From NCBI GenBank assembly GCA_023953695.1, contig JAMLJG010000005.1:7477-71476 (forward strand): a DNA stretch of 64,000 nt, in the 5' to 3' direction. Made by a program: the position numbers and the translations under genes. Under the pieces are notes generated by a model. It did no database searches and had not been told where the DNA came from. It was given only the letters and a program-made list of their open reading frames with translations. Shown in pieces: positions 56,210 through 64,000 of this stretch (position 1 is its first letter; each line of letters begins with the position of its first letter). Source of the DNA: Kiritimatiellia bacterium (GTDB lineage: Bacteria; Verrucomicrobiota; Kiritimatiellia; CAIVKH01).

Positions 56210-57963
56210 AGCCAGCGCCACCCAACATCAACTACTACTGGGCCACACTCCTGATGGAAGAGCTCTACCGATGCGGCGTGCGCGCGATCGGCATTGCGCC
56301 CGGTTCGCGATCCAGTCCGCTCGCGGAAGCGGCCGCATCGCACGGCAAGTTGGAGTTGGTCGTGCACCCCGATGAGCGAGGACTCGCATTTCATATGCTT
56401 GGCTATGCGCGCGGATCGGGCCGTCCGGCCGTCGTCGTGACCACGTCGGGCACCGCAGTTGCCAATCTCTTTCCTGCCATAGCGGAGGCCCATCACACCC
56501 GTGTGCCCCTCATTGCCCTCACAGCCGATCGCCCGCCGGAACTGCGCGATTGCGGCGCGAATCAGGCTACAGACCAGGTCAAATTGTTCGGCACATTCGT
56601 GCGCGCGTGTTTCGATTTTCCTGCGCCAGATGCGACGCTGGATCCCGCCTATTTGCTCGGTGCACTCGATGCAGCGGTTCATGCAGCCGTGCATCGGCGT
56701 GGGCCGGTCCACCTCAATATGATGTTTCGCGAGCCGCTGGCGCCCGTCGCCGCGCCTTATCCTTTTCGCCGCCTTCATGGCGCGCTGCGCGACTGGGAAA
56801 AAAATGGCACGCCCTGGGTTTCCTATGAGCTGCCGAACGAAGTGTTTGAACCCTCCGCGAGGCTTCTCGACGAGTGCGGGCGCGCGGAGCGGGGCTGCAT
56901 CCTCGTCGGCGCGGTTTCGGCGCGGGAAGCGAGCGCGATCGCGAAGTTGGGCGAGCATCTCGCGTGGCCGGTTCTCGTGGACGTCCAATCAGGATTGCGA
57001 TGCGGCGCGACCGCCCGCGCGGTGATTGCCCATGCCGATGTGCTTCTCGCGAGCAAACGATTTGCCGATGGCGGTGGATGCGATTTTCTTCTCCAGTTCG
57101 GCTCGGGTTTTGTCACGCGCCGCTTCCTCGATTTTCTCGGCTCGTCCAGAATCTCGCCTCGCGTGGCTGTGGATGTTGCGCCGGGCCGCGTGGACCCGAA
57201 GCATCGCGCGGCGCAGCGCATTCAGGCGAATCCTGTGTGTGTTGCGGATGCGCTGCGCGCAGCGTTGCCCGCGCGGGAACCGTCCGACTGGCTGACGAAG
57301 TGGCAGAGCGCCTCTGCTCGGGTCGAAGCCGAGTTGGCGCGCCGCATGGCGAATGCAGCCAAACTGACTGAGCCCGTGGTTGCGGGGCTGCTTTCGCAGT
57401 CGCTTGCAGAAAATGACGTCCTCTTCCTCGGGAACAGCCTTCCCATCCGAATGGCCGCGATGTTTTCGAGCGCCCGCGGAGCGCCCTTTTCCGTAGCCGC
57501 CAATCGCGGGCTGAGCGGGATAGATGGACAAGTCGCTACGGCCGTTGGTTACGCTCAAGGGAGCGATAAGCCCGTGACACTGCTATTGGGCGATTTGTCG
57601 TTGCTGCACGACCTCAATTCGCTGGCCCTTTTGCGCTGTGCGCGAGCGCCGGTGCGCGTCATCGTCATCAACAACGATGGCGGCGGCATCTTTTCACTCC
57701 TGCCCATCGCGCGGTCGGCGCGGCATTTTGAGCGCGTCTTCGGCGTGCCGCACGGCGTTCGTTTTCGCGCCGCTGCGGAGCTGTTCGGACTCGCGTATGC
57801 TGCTCCGACAACGACGCAAGCTTTGGCTCGTTCGCTGAAAGCATCGGCGCGCGCGAAGCGAGGAGTTCTCATCGAAATCGAGACGAAGCGCGCGGATACC
57901 GCGCGCGCGGTGCCGCAGTGGGTTGCCGCGCTTGCGCGCGCGGTGGATCGGGCGCCGTCATGA
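56206..57963 (+). CDS. menD: SEPHCHC synthase
   Basis: PGSRSSPL, DERGLAF, TTSGTAVANL, ANRGLSGIDG, GDLSLLHDLN, NNDGGGIF. Confidence 0.96.
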   Translation: MKPAPPNINYYWATLLMEELYRCGVRAIGIAPGSRSSPLAEAAASHGKLELVVHPDERGLAFHMLGYARGSGRPAVVVTTSGTAVANLFPAIAEAHHTRVPLIALTADRPPELRDCGANQATDQVKLFGTFVRACFDFPAPDATLDPAYLLGALDAAVHAAVHRRGPVHLNMMFREPLAPVAAPYPFRRLHGALRDWEKNGTPWVSYELPNEVFEPSARLLDECGRAERGCILVGAVSAREASAIAKLGEHLAWPVLVDVQSGLRCGATARAVIAHADVLLASKRFADGGGCDFLLQFGSGFVTRRFLDFLGSSRISPRVAVDVAPGRVDPKHRAAQRIQANPVCVADALRAALPAREPSDWLTKWQSASARVEAELARRMANAAKLTEPVVAGLLSQSLAENDVLFLGNSLPIRMAAMFSSARGAPFSVAANRGLSGIDGQVATAVGYAQGSDKPVTLLLGDLSLLHDLNSLALLRCARAPVRVIVINNDGGGIFSLLPIARSARHFERVFGVPHGVRFRAAAELFGLAYAAPTTTQALARSLKASARAKRGVLIEIETKRADTARAVPQWVAALARAVDRAPS

Positions 57964-58718
57964 AGTCGGTGCAGTTAACACGCGGCGCTGCGCCCGTGCT
58001 TTGCGTGCACGGCTTCCTGGGAGAGCCGGACGACTGGCGGCTCTTCGCGCACGCGTTGGGGCCCGCATTTGGCGTTTCGGCGTGGGCTCTTCCGGGACAC
58101 GGCGGAACGCCGGTGGATGATTTTGTGGATGGAGTTCGCGCACTGCAACGCGCGCTCCGCGCGATGCCTGCGCCGCCGCACCTCGTGGGCTATTCGATGG
58201 GCGGCCGCCTGGCCTTGGCGGCGGCGGTGGACGCGAATGTATCGCTCGCTTCGCTCACGATCATTTCGGCATCGCCCGGCTTGAAGACGGGACTGGAGCG
58301 CGACACCCGCGCGCGCGCCGACGATCGCTTGGCGGACGATTTGGAGCGGCAGGGATTGGAAGCCTTTGTACGGACGTGGTATTCGCAGCCCCTTTTCGCA
58401 TCGCTCGAACGCCGTCCGGCGCTGTTGCACGATTTACTCTCGCGCCGCGCGCGCGGCACGGCATCGGATCGCGCGAATGCGTTGCGCGCGCTGACGGTGG
58501 GTCGGCAACCCTCGCTGTGGGAGCATCTGCCGATGTTGAACACGCGTTCACTTTTTATCGCCGGCGCGAACGACTCCAAGTACTGTGCTACATTGGCTCG
58601 CGTGGCTGGCTTGTGCCCGCGCGCGCGTCTGCTTAGAGTGCCGGACGCGGGGCACCTCCCGCATTTGGAGCGACCGGACTTCGTGTGCGCGTCGGTTCGC
58701 GAATTTTTGCAACCCTGA
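57960..58718 (+). CDS. menH: SHCHC synthase (alpha/beta hydrolase)
   Basis: [25 protein letters not shown]. Confidence 0.9.
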   Translation: MKSVQLTRGAAPVLCVHGFLGEPDDWRLFAHALGPAFGVSAWALPGHGGTPVDDFVDGVRALQRALRAMPAPPHLVGYSMGGRLALAAAVDANVSLASLTIISASPGLKTGLERDTRARADDRLADDLERQGLEAFVRTWYSQPLFASLERRPALLHDLLSRRARGTASDRANALRALTVGRQPSLWEHLPMLNTRSLFIAGANDSKYCATLARVAGLCPRARLLRVPDAGHLPHLERPDFVCASVREFLQP

Positions 58719-58732
58719 AGATGGAGAACGAC

Positions 58733-59557
58733 ATGGCGAGTGACATCAAATGGACGTCGGCGGGCACCTTCCGCGACATCAAATATGAAAAGGCAGAAGG
58801 AATTGCGAAGATCACCATCAATCGCCCTGAAGTTCGCAATGCATTTCGCCCGTTGACCGTGAAGGAAATGATCGCAGCGCTGCAGGACGCGCGACTGGAC
58901 GAAGCGATCGGCGTCATCATTCTCACCGGCGAGGGAGAGAAAGCGTTTTGCTCGGGTGGCGATCAGAAGATTCGAGGCGACGCGGGTTATCAGGACGAAG
59001 CGGGGCAGCACCATCTCAATGTGTTGGATTTTCAGCGCGACATTCGCGCGTGTCCCAAGCCTGTCATCGCCATGGTCGCGGGCTACGCGATCGGCGGCGG
59101 CCACGTGCTGCACGTGATGTGCGATTTGACGATTGCGGCCGACAACGCGATTTTTGGTCAGACGGGCCCGAAGGTCGGATCCTTCGACGGCGGCTTTGGG
59201 TCGTCGTATCTCGCGCGCATCGTGGGGCAGAAGAAGGCGCGCGAGATTTGGTATCTCTGCCGCCAATACAACGCGCAACAGGCGCTGGAAATGGGCTTGG
59301 TGAACACCGTGGTGCCCTTGGCCCGACTCGAAGAGGAGACCGTCGCCTGGTGTCGCGAGATTCTGGAGAAGTCGCCGCTTTCCATTCGCTGCCTCAAAGC
59401 CGCGCTCAACGCCGATTGCGATGGGCAGGCCGGCTTGCAGGAGTTGGCCGGCAACGCGACGTTGCTCTACTACATGTCGGAAGAGGCGCAGGAGGGGCGA
59501 AAGGCCTTTGTCGAAAAACGAAAACCGAACTTCGCCCAGTTCCCGAAACGCCCGTGA
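58733..59557 (+). CDS. menB: 1,4-dihydroxy-2-naphthoyl-CoA synthase
   Basis: [40 protein letters not shown]. Confidence 0.97.
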   Translation: MASDIKWTSAGTFRDIKYEKAEGIAKITINRPEVRNAFRPLTVKEMIAALQDARLDEAIGVIILTGEGEKAFCSGGDQKIRGDAGYQDEAGQHHLNVLDFQRDIRACPKPVIAMVAGYAIGGGHVLHVMCDLTIAADNAIFGQTGPKVGSFDGGFGSSYLARIVGQKKAREIWYLCRQYNAQQALEMGLVNTVVPLARLEEETVAWCREILEKSPLSIRCLKAALNADCDGQAGLQELAGNATLLYYMSEEAQEGRKAFVEKRKPNFAQFPKRP

Positions 59558-59568
59558 GCGCCCGCGAT

Positions 59569-59647
59569 TTCCAAGCGTTGGAAGCCGATTGAATGGAAAG
59601 TTCCAACGCTTGGAAGTGAGCGCGTTTTGAACTTCCAACGCTTGGAA
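59569..59647. repeat. Three 15-bp TTCCAA-N3-TTGGAA palindromes at exact 32-bp period
   Basis: ttccaagcgttggaa (59569), ttccaacgcttggaa (59601), ttccaacgcttggaa (59633); copy 1 is the reverse complement of copies 2 and 3; 17-bp non-identical spacers. Confidence 0.9.
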
Positions 59648-59660
59648 AAACGCACTGCGA

Positions 59661-60539
59661 ATGATGAAGCTGAAACCGTGGATATTGGCTGCGCGCCCGA
59701 AGACGTTGTGGGCTTCGGTTGCGCCTGTTTCAATCGGCACTGCGATTGCGTATGGCGATGGCGGCGCGCATGCACCATCGGCGGCGTGCGCGCTGTTGAG
59801 CGCGTTGTTGATTCAGATTGGGACGAACTATTGCAACGACTATGCGGATTTTGCGAGGGGCACGGACAATGCGGAGCGCACGGGGCCGGTGCGCGCGACG
59901 GCGGCGGGGTGGGTGACGCCGCGCGCGATGTTTCGCGCAACGGTGGCAATGTTTGCGCTGGCGGCGCTGGCCGCGCTCTATCTGATCTATCGCGGAGGGT
60001 GGCCGCTGTTGGTGGTGGGAGCGCTTTCGATTGCTTCGGGGGTGCTTTATACGGAGGGCCCGCGACCGCTGGCATACGTTGGGCTGGGCGATCTGTTCAC
60101 GCTGGTGTTTTTTGGGCCGGTTGCGGTGGCGGGGACGTATTTCGTGCAGGCGTTATCGTGGTCGTGGACGCCGGTGGTTGCGGGGTTGGGGCCGGGGTTG
60201 CTGTCGGTGGCAATTTTGACGGCGAACAATTTGCGAGATCGCGAGGGTGATGCGCGGAGTGGCAAGCGGACGCTGGCGGTTCGATTTGGAGATGGATTTG
60301 CTCGCTGGGAGTATGTGGGGTGTGTGTTGGGGGCGGCGCTGGTTCCGTTTGCGTTGGTGCGGTTCTTTGATGCGCCGCGCGGGGCGTGTGCGGCGGCGAT
60401 TGTTTTGGTGGGGGCGCTCCCCGCGTTTCGAACGCTGGCGCGCGGAACGAAGGGGGCGGCGCTCAATCATTTGTTGGCGTACACGGGAGTGTTGCTGTTG
60501 GTGTATGCGATCGTGTTTGCGGTGGGCTGGGTGTTGTGA
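59661..60539 (+). CDS. menA: 1,4-dihydroxy-2-naphthoate polyprenyltransferase
   Basis: WILAARPKTL, NYCNDYADF, YTEGP, ANNLRD.EGD...GKRTLAVRFG. Confidence 0.95.
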   Translation: MMKLKPWILAARPKTLWASVAPVSIGTAIAYGDGGAHAPSAACALLSALLIQIGTNYCNDYADFARGTDNAERTGPVRATAAGWVTPRAMFRATVAMFALAALAALYLIYRGGWPLLVVGALSIASGVLYTEGPRPLAYVGLGDLFTLVFFGPVAVAGTYFVQALSWSWTPVVAGLGPGLLSVAILTANNLRDREGDARSGKRTLAVRFGDGFARWEYVGCVLGAALVPFALVRFFDAPRGACAAAIVLVGALPAFRTLARGTKGAALNHLLAYTGVLLLVYAIVFAVGWVL

Positions 60540-61573
60540 AAGTTTCAAAGATTGAGCTGATTCCGTATGAAGTGGCGCTGCGCAAGCCGGTGCGGATGGG
60601 GACTGTTGAGCTGCGCGAGCGGGAAGGGATTTTGGTTCGCGTGGAGTCTGCGAGGGGGGCTGTGGGGTGGGGCGATGCCGCGCCGTTGCCGGGGTTCAGT
60701 CGGGAATCGCTCGATCAGGTTCACAAGGAGCTGGAGGAGCGAAGCGCGCGGCCGGTTCAGCACGAAATCGGTTCGGCTGCGGATCTATTTATGTGGGCGT
60801 CCACGCTGACGCGGCTGTCGCCCTCGGCGATGTTTGCGGTGGAGTCGGCGGTGGCCGGCGCGGCTGCTATGGAGGCGAGCCAATCGCTCGGGGTGTGGCT
60901 TTTCGGATTTTCATCGGATCGTTGCGCGTTGAGCGCATTGGCAATTGAGCCGCCGGAGCAGTGGGCCCAACGCGCGCGCGAGTGTTTGGAGGCGGGCTAT
61001 TCGACTGTGAAGTTCAAGGTGGGGCGCGCGGCGATTGCGGAGGAAGTGGCGGCTTCGCGGGCGGCGGTGGCTGCTGCGCCGGGTCTCCAGTTTCGATTTG
61101 ATGCCAATCGCGCATGGTCCGCGGCGGAGGCGCTCACCTTTGCGCGCGGGGTGGCGGGGTTGCCGGTGGAATACATTGAAGAACCGTTTGCCAATTCGCG
61201 CGAACTGCCTGCGGGCTGGCCGGCGGATGTCCGCATTGCGTGGGATGAGACGCTTCACAACGGGGAGGCGTTGCCGGTTTTTGAGCGACACGTGAGCGCA
61301 TGGGTGCTGAAGCCGAGTTTGGTGGGCGGTCTTTCCCGGAGTGTGCAGCTTGCGCGGCACGCGCGGCGATGCGGGTGTCGCGCTGTATTCAGCGCGGCGT
61401 ATGAATCGGGTGTTGGGATCCGCGTGTTGGCGGAACTCGCGGCGACGACGGGGTCGGCGGCGGGCTTGGACACCTATTCGCTTTTGGCGGAGGATGTGTT
61501 GATTCCCCGGTTGGCGATGGATCGAGGTGAAATTGATCTGGCGCTTGCGCGCCGCAGTGTGGTGAAGGCATGA
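60536..61573 (+). CDS. menC: o-succinylbenzoate synthase
   Basis: REG, GDAAPLPGFS, KFKVG, RFDANRAW, YIEEP, WDET, VLKPS. Confidence 0.92.
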   Translation: MKVSKIELIPYEVALRKPVRMGTVELREREGILVRVESARGAVGWGDAAPLPGFSRESLDQVHKELEERSARPVQHEIGSAADLFMWASTLTRLSPSAMFAVESAVAGAAAMEASQSLGVWLFGFSSDRCALSALAIEPPEQWAQRARECLEAGYSTVKFKVGRAAIAEEVAASRAAVAAAPGLQFRFDANRAWSAAEALTFARGVAGLPVEYIEEPFANSRELPAGWPADVRIAWDETLHNGEALPVFERHVSAWVLKPSLVGGLSRSVQLARHARRCGCRAVFSAAYESGVGIRVLAELAATTGSAAGLDTYSLLAEDVLIPRLAMDRGEIDLALARRSVVKA

Positions 61574-63000
61574 ATGTGATTCGGTGTCCTCTATTCGATT
61601 CGGCGATCATCTCGAAGCACGAGACGGCGTTAGTCTCGGGTCATCAGGCGATGATCTTTTCCGATGTGGACGAGATGGCCGCGCGCGCGGCGCGAAATCT
61701 GCGGCGAATGGGCGTTGAGCCGGGGATGCGACTTGCGATTTATCTGGAGAACTCGTGGCAGTATGTCGCGATCTTGTGGGGCTGTTGGCGCGCGGGTGTG
61801 GTCGCGTGTCCACTGAATACGCGGCTGCCGCGCGAGGCTGTTTTTGAGCAAATACGCCACATCGGCGCGCCGGCGTTGGTGGCGAGGGTGTCCAATCCGA
61901 AGGGGGAGAGCACGGCTGCGCTGCGCGTGATTTCGCCGGATGAGTTGCTGGTTTATCGCGAGCGCGATGACGATGAGGTGGAGGGGTGGCCCATGTCGTT
62001 GGATGCGCCTGCGACCATCCTGTTCACATCGGGTTCGAGTGGAGCGCCGAAGGCGGCGGAGCACAGCATTGCGAATCACTACTACAACGCGCGCGCTTCG
62101 AACAAGAACGTGCGCTTGTCCTCGCACGATGCATGGTTGCTTTCGCTTCCGCTGTTTCACGTTGGCGGCATTGGGGTTCTCTTTCGCTGCGCGTTGGCGG
62201 GGGCCGCAGTGATTGTCCCAGAGGCGGGCGAGTCCATTGAGGCCGCGCAGGAGCGCTACGGCGTTACGCATCTCTCTCTGGTCGCGACGCAGTTGTATCG
62301 CTTGCTGAACAGCGAGAAATTGCCCGCGAGTTTTGCGAAGCTGAAGACGATTCTACTGGGCGGAAGCGGGATGCCGCCCGCGTTACTCGTGGAGGCGATG
62401 CGGCGGCGATGGCCGGTGTATACCAGCTACGGTATGACAGAGATGGCGTCGCAGGTGTGCACGATGGGGCCCGCTTCGCCGCCGGCGAAGCGGATGACGA
62501 GTGGGCGCGCGTTGGGGCACTGCGAGGTGCGGATTGCGACGGATGGCGAGATTTGGGTGCGAGGGCGAACCTTATTTCGCGGCTATGTGACGGCGTCAGG
62601 TCGGCAGCTTCCGGTGGATGAGGAGGGCTGGTTTGCGACGGGCGATTTGGGGGCGCTGGATGAGGAGGGCTATCTCACGGTGCGCGGGAGGAAGGACAAT
62701 CTATTCATTTCGGGTGGAGAGAACATTCAGCCCGAAGAAGTCGAAAATTGGCTGGCCAGTTTCCCAGAAGTTGCGGCGGCGGTGGTGGTGCCGCGATCGG
62801 ATGAAGAGTTCGGCGCGCGGCCGGTGGCCTTTCTTCAGTGGCGCGGCGATGCGGTCTCTGATGAGGAGTTGCGGGCGCGGCTGGAGAAGATTCTGCCGCG
62901 CTATAAGATTCCGGCTTCGTTTCGCGCCTGGCCCGATGCATCGGGCGAGTTCAAGATTGATCGTCGCCGCTTCGAGCAGCTCGCGGCGAGTGAAGTGTAG
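61570..63000 (+). CDS. menE: o-succinylbenzoate-CoA ligase
   Basis: FTSGSSGAPK, LPLFHVGG, SYGMTEMASQ, GRKDNLFISGGENIQPEEVE. Confidence 0.93.
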   Translation: MNVIRCPLFDSAIISKHETALVSGHQAMIFSDVDEMAARAARNLRRMGVEPGMRLAIYLENSWQYVAILWGCWRAGVVACPLNTRLPREAVFEQIRHIGAPALVARVSNPKGESTAALRVISPDELLVYRERDDDEVEGWPMSLDAPATILFTSGSSGAPKAAEHSIANHYYNARASNKNVRLSSHDAWLLSLPLFHVGGIGVLFRCALAGAAVIVPEAGESIEAAQERYGVTHLSLVATQLYRLLNSEKLPASFAKLKTILLGGSGMPPALLVEAMRRRWPVYTSYGMTEMASQVCTMGPASPPAKRMTSGRALGHCEVRIATDGEIWVRGRTLFRGYVTASGRQLPVDEEGWFATGDLGALDEEGYLTVRGRKDNLFISGGENIQPEEVENWLASFPEVAAAVVVPRSDEEFGARPVAFLQWRGDAVSDEELRARLEKILPRYKIPASFRAWPDASGEFKIDRRRFEQLAASEV

Positions 63001-63008
63001 CGCAGCGC

Positions 63009-63419
63009 TTACGCTGCGGAGGCGCGCAGGCGCTGGATAATTTTTTTCAGCGAGGCGGGCAGAAGCAGTTTGTGTCCAGTGCTTCGGCTGACGGCGACGT
63101 GGGTGGTGGTGACGTAGCCCGTCGGTTTTCCGTTGGCCGAGAAGCGGCTGACAAGGGTGAAGGATGTCTTGCCGAGGCGTTGAAGGCGGAGCTTGATGGT
63201 CACCTCATCGCCAAGTCGCAGCGGGCTGGAATAGTTTGCTTCGGCATGGACGATCGGCAGGGCGAACGACCCTTTTTTCAGGAGCGCCGATAGCGAGGTT
63301 CCGGATTCCGCCATAAAGGCTTCGTAGGCTTCGTGGGCGAGGCGAAACTGTGTTGCAAAGTATATCACGCCAGCGGCGTCGGTGTCGTGGAGGCGGATGG
63401 TTGTGGTGTAGGTGAACAA
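63009..63419 (-). CDS. Hotdog-fold thioesterase, probable DHNA-CoA hydrolase (MenI function)
   Basis: IRLHDTDAAGVIYF...HEAYE...LPIVHAEANY; convergent with menE; TTG start after AAGGAG. Confidence 0.8.
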   Translation of the reverse strand: MFTYTTTIRLHDTDAAGVIYFATQFRLAHEAYEAFMAESGTSLSALLKKGSFALPIVHAEANYSSPLRLGDEVTIKLRLQRLGKTSFTLVSRFSANGKPTGYVTTTHVAVSRSTGHKLLLPASLKKIIQRLRASAA

Positions 63420-63434
63420 AGCGGCTCCTTGGGC

Positions 63435-63995
63435 TTAGAAGGGGTTGGACATTTCTGCGAATGCGGCGACCAGCGCGTCGCTGAGGTTGAGAAAGAGGAC
63501 GGCGAAGCTGAAGAGCTTCAGGATGAGGACTACGCCGGTGAGGATGAAAAATGTGCGAAGTTTGGCGTGGCCCACGGCGAGTTGCTCGGGTGTCGGGTGC
63601 GGGTCGGATAGGGCATTTTTTGCACTGAGCGCTGCGCTGCCTGCGAAAATCATGAGTACTCCGATGGGGATGCCAACGCAGGTGAGAACGAGCAGTGCGC
63701 CACCGATAATACTGGCAATGCCGATGAAGGCGAGCCAGCCATCGAACGTGGGGAGAGCGATCTCTTGCTGACGAGAATCGGGCGCCGGCGCAGCAGAAGT
63801 GAGGGTTGCTTCATTGGGAATCAGGGAGCGCAGCATGGGGTGATTCTGAAGAGGGATCCACGCGGGCATGCCCTGTGTCCAAACGAGTTCGGTGGGCGCG
63901 ATCTGGCCGGATCGAATGAGCGAGAAGAACTCGCTTTCTTCCACGGGGCCGCGCTGTTCGGTTCTGCCGACTGTGTAGTACCAGAGTGAATCCAT
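63435..63995 (-). CDS. GYF_2 (DUF4339) domain membrane protein
   Basis: WYY...QRGPV...LVWTQGMPAWIP GYF-2 motif plus C-terminal TM helices (DUF5362-like). Confidence 0.8.
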   Translation of the reverse strand: MDSLWYYTVGRTEQRGPVEESEFFSLIRSGQIAPTELVWTQGMPAWIPLQNHPMLRSLIPNEATLTSAAPAPDSRQQEIALPTFDGWLAFIGIASIIGGALLVLTCVGIPIGVLMIFAGSAALSAKNALSDPHPTPEQLAVGHAKLRTFFILTGVVLILKLFSFAVLFLNLSDALVAAFAEMSNPF

Positions 63996-64000
63996 GCTGT

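Noticed and set aside
59569-59647. CRISPR array
   Set aside because: 15-bp repeats and 17-bp spacers are too short, orientation is mixed, and there are no cas genes.

Overview
High-GC bacterial window, probably from the PVC superphylum (Kiritimatiellae/Verrucomicrobia-like; this is an inference from protein style only). It is mostly housekeeping: partial recC, a Gld-like ABC-2 module, sbcDC, purH-purM-purB, thiL-pyrK-pyrD, pgpA, a FecCD/BtuCD-type ABC pair, tRNA-Gly, tmRNA, tRNA-Arg, a CydDC-like exporter pair and a complete classical menaquinone operon. There are two accessory patches. The first (about 0.9-3.3 kb) lies just upstream of recC and carries a low-GC, stand-alone UG/Abi-type (DRT-like) reverse transcriptase with a YRDD motif, a truncated VapB-like antitoxin and two 68-bp repeats. 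The second (about 44.9-48.9 kb) lies between tRNA-Gly/EamA and the tmRNA 3' end and carries an orphan Rhs fragment with a Cys-rich tip plus a candidate immunity gene, GTAG REP-like palindromes, a Y1/RAYT transposase stub, an IS3 element and a second IS remnant. The two patches share an identical 24-bp GGGGTC-ended motif, which suggests one Y1-transposase end family marks junctions of defence/toxin cassettes. Other notable items are a VTC-DUF4956-CotH operon, a 2305-aa enzyme with two complete GH13 catalytic domains, and three TTCCAA-N3-TTGGAA palindromes spaced exactly 32 bp apart inside the men operon. All calls come from motif recognition by eye; no database searches were run.
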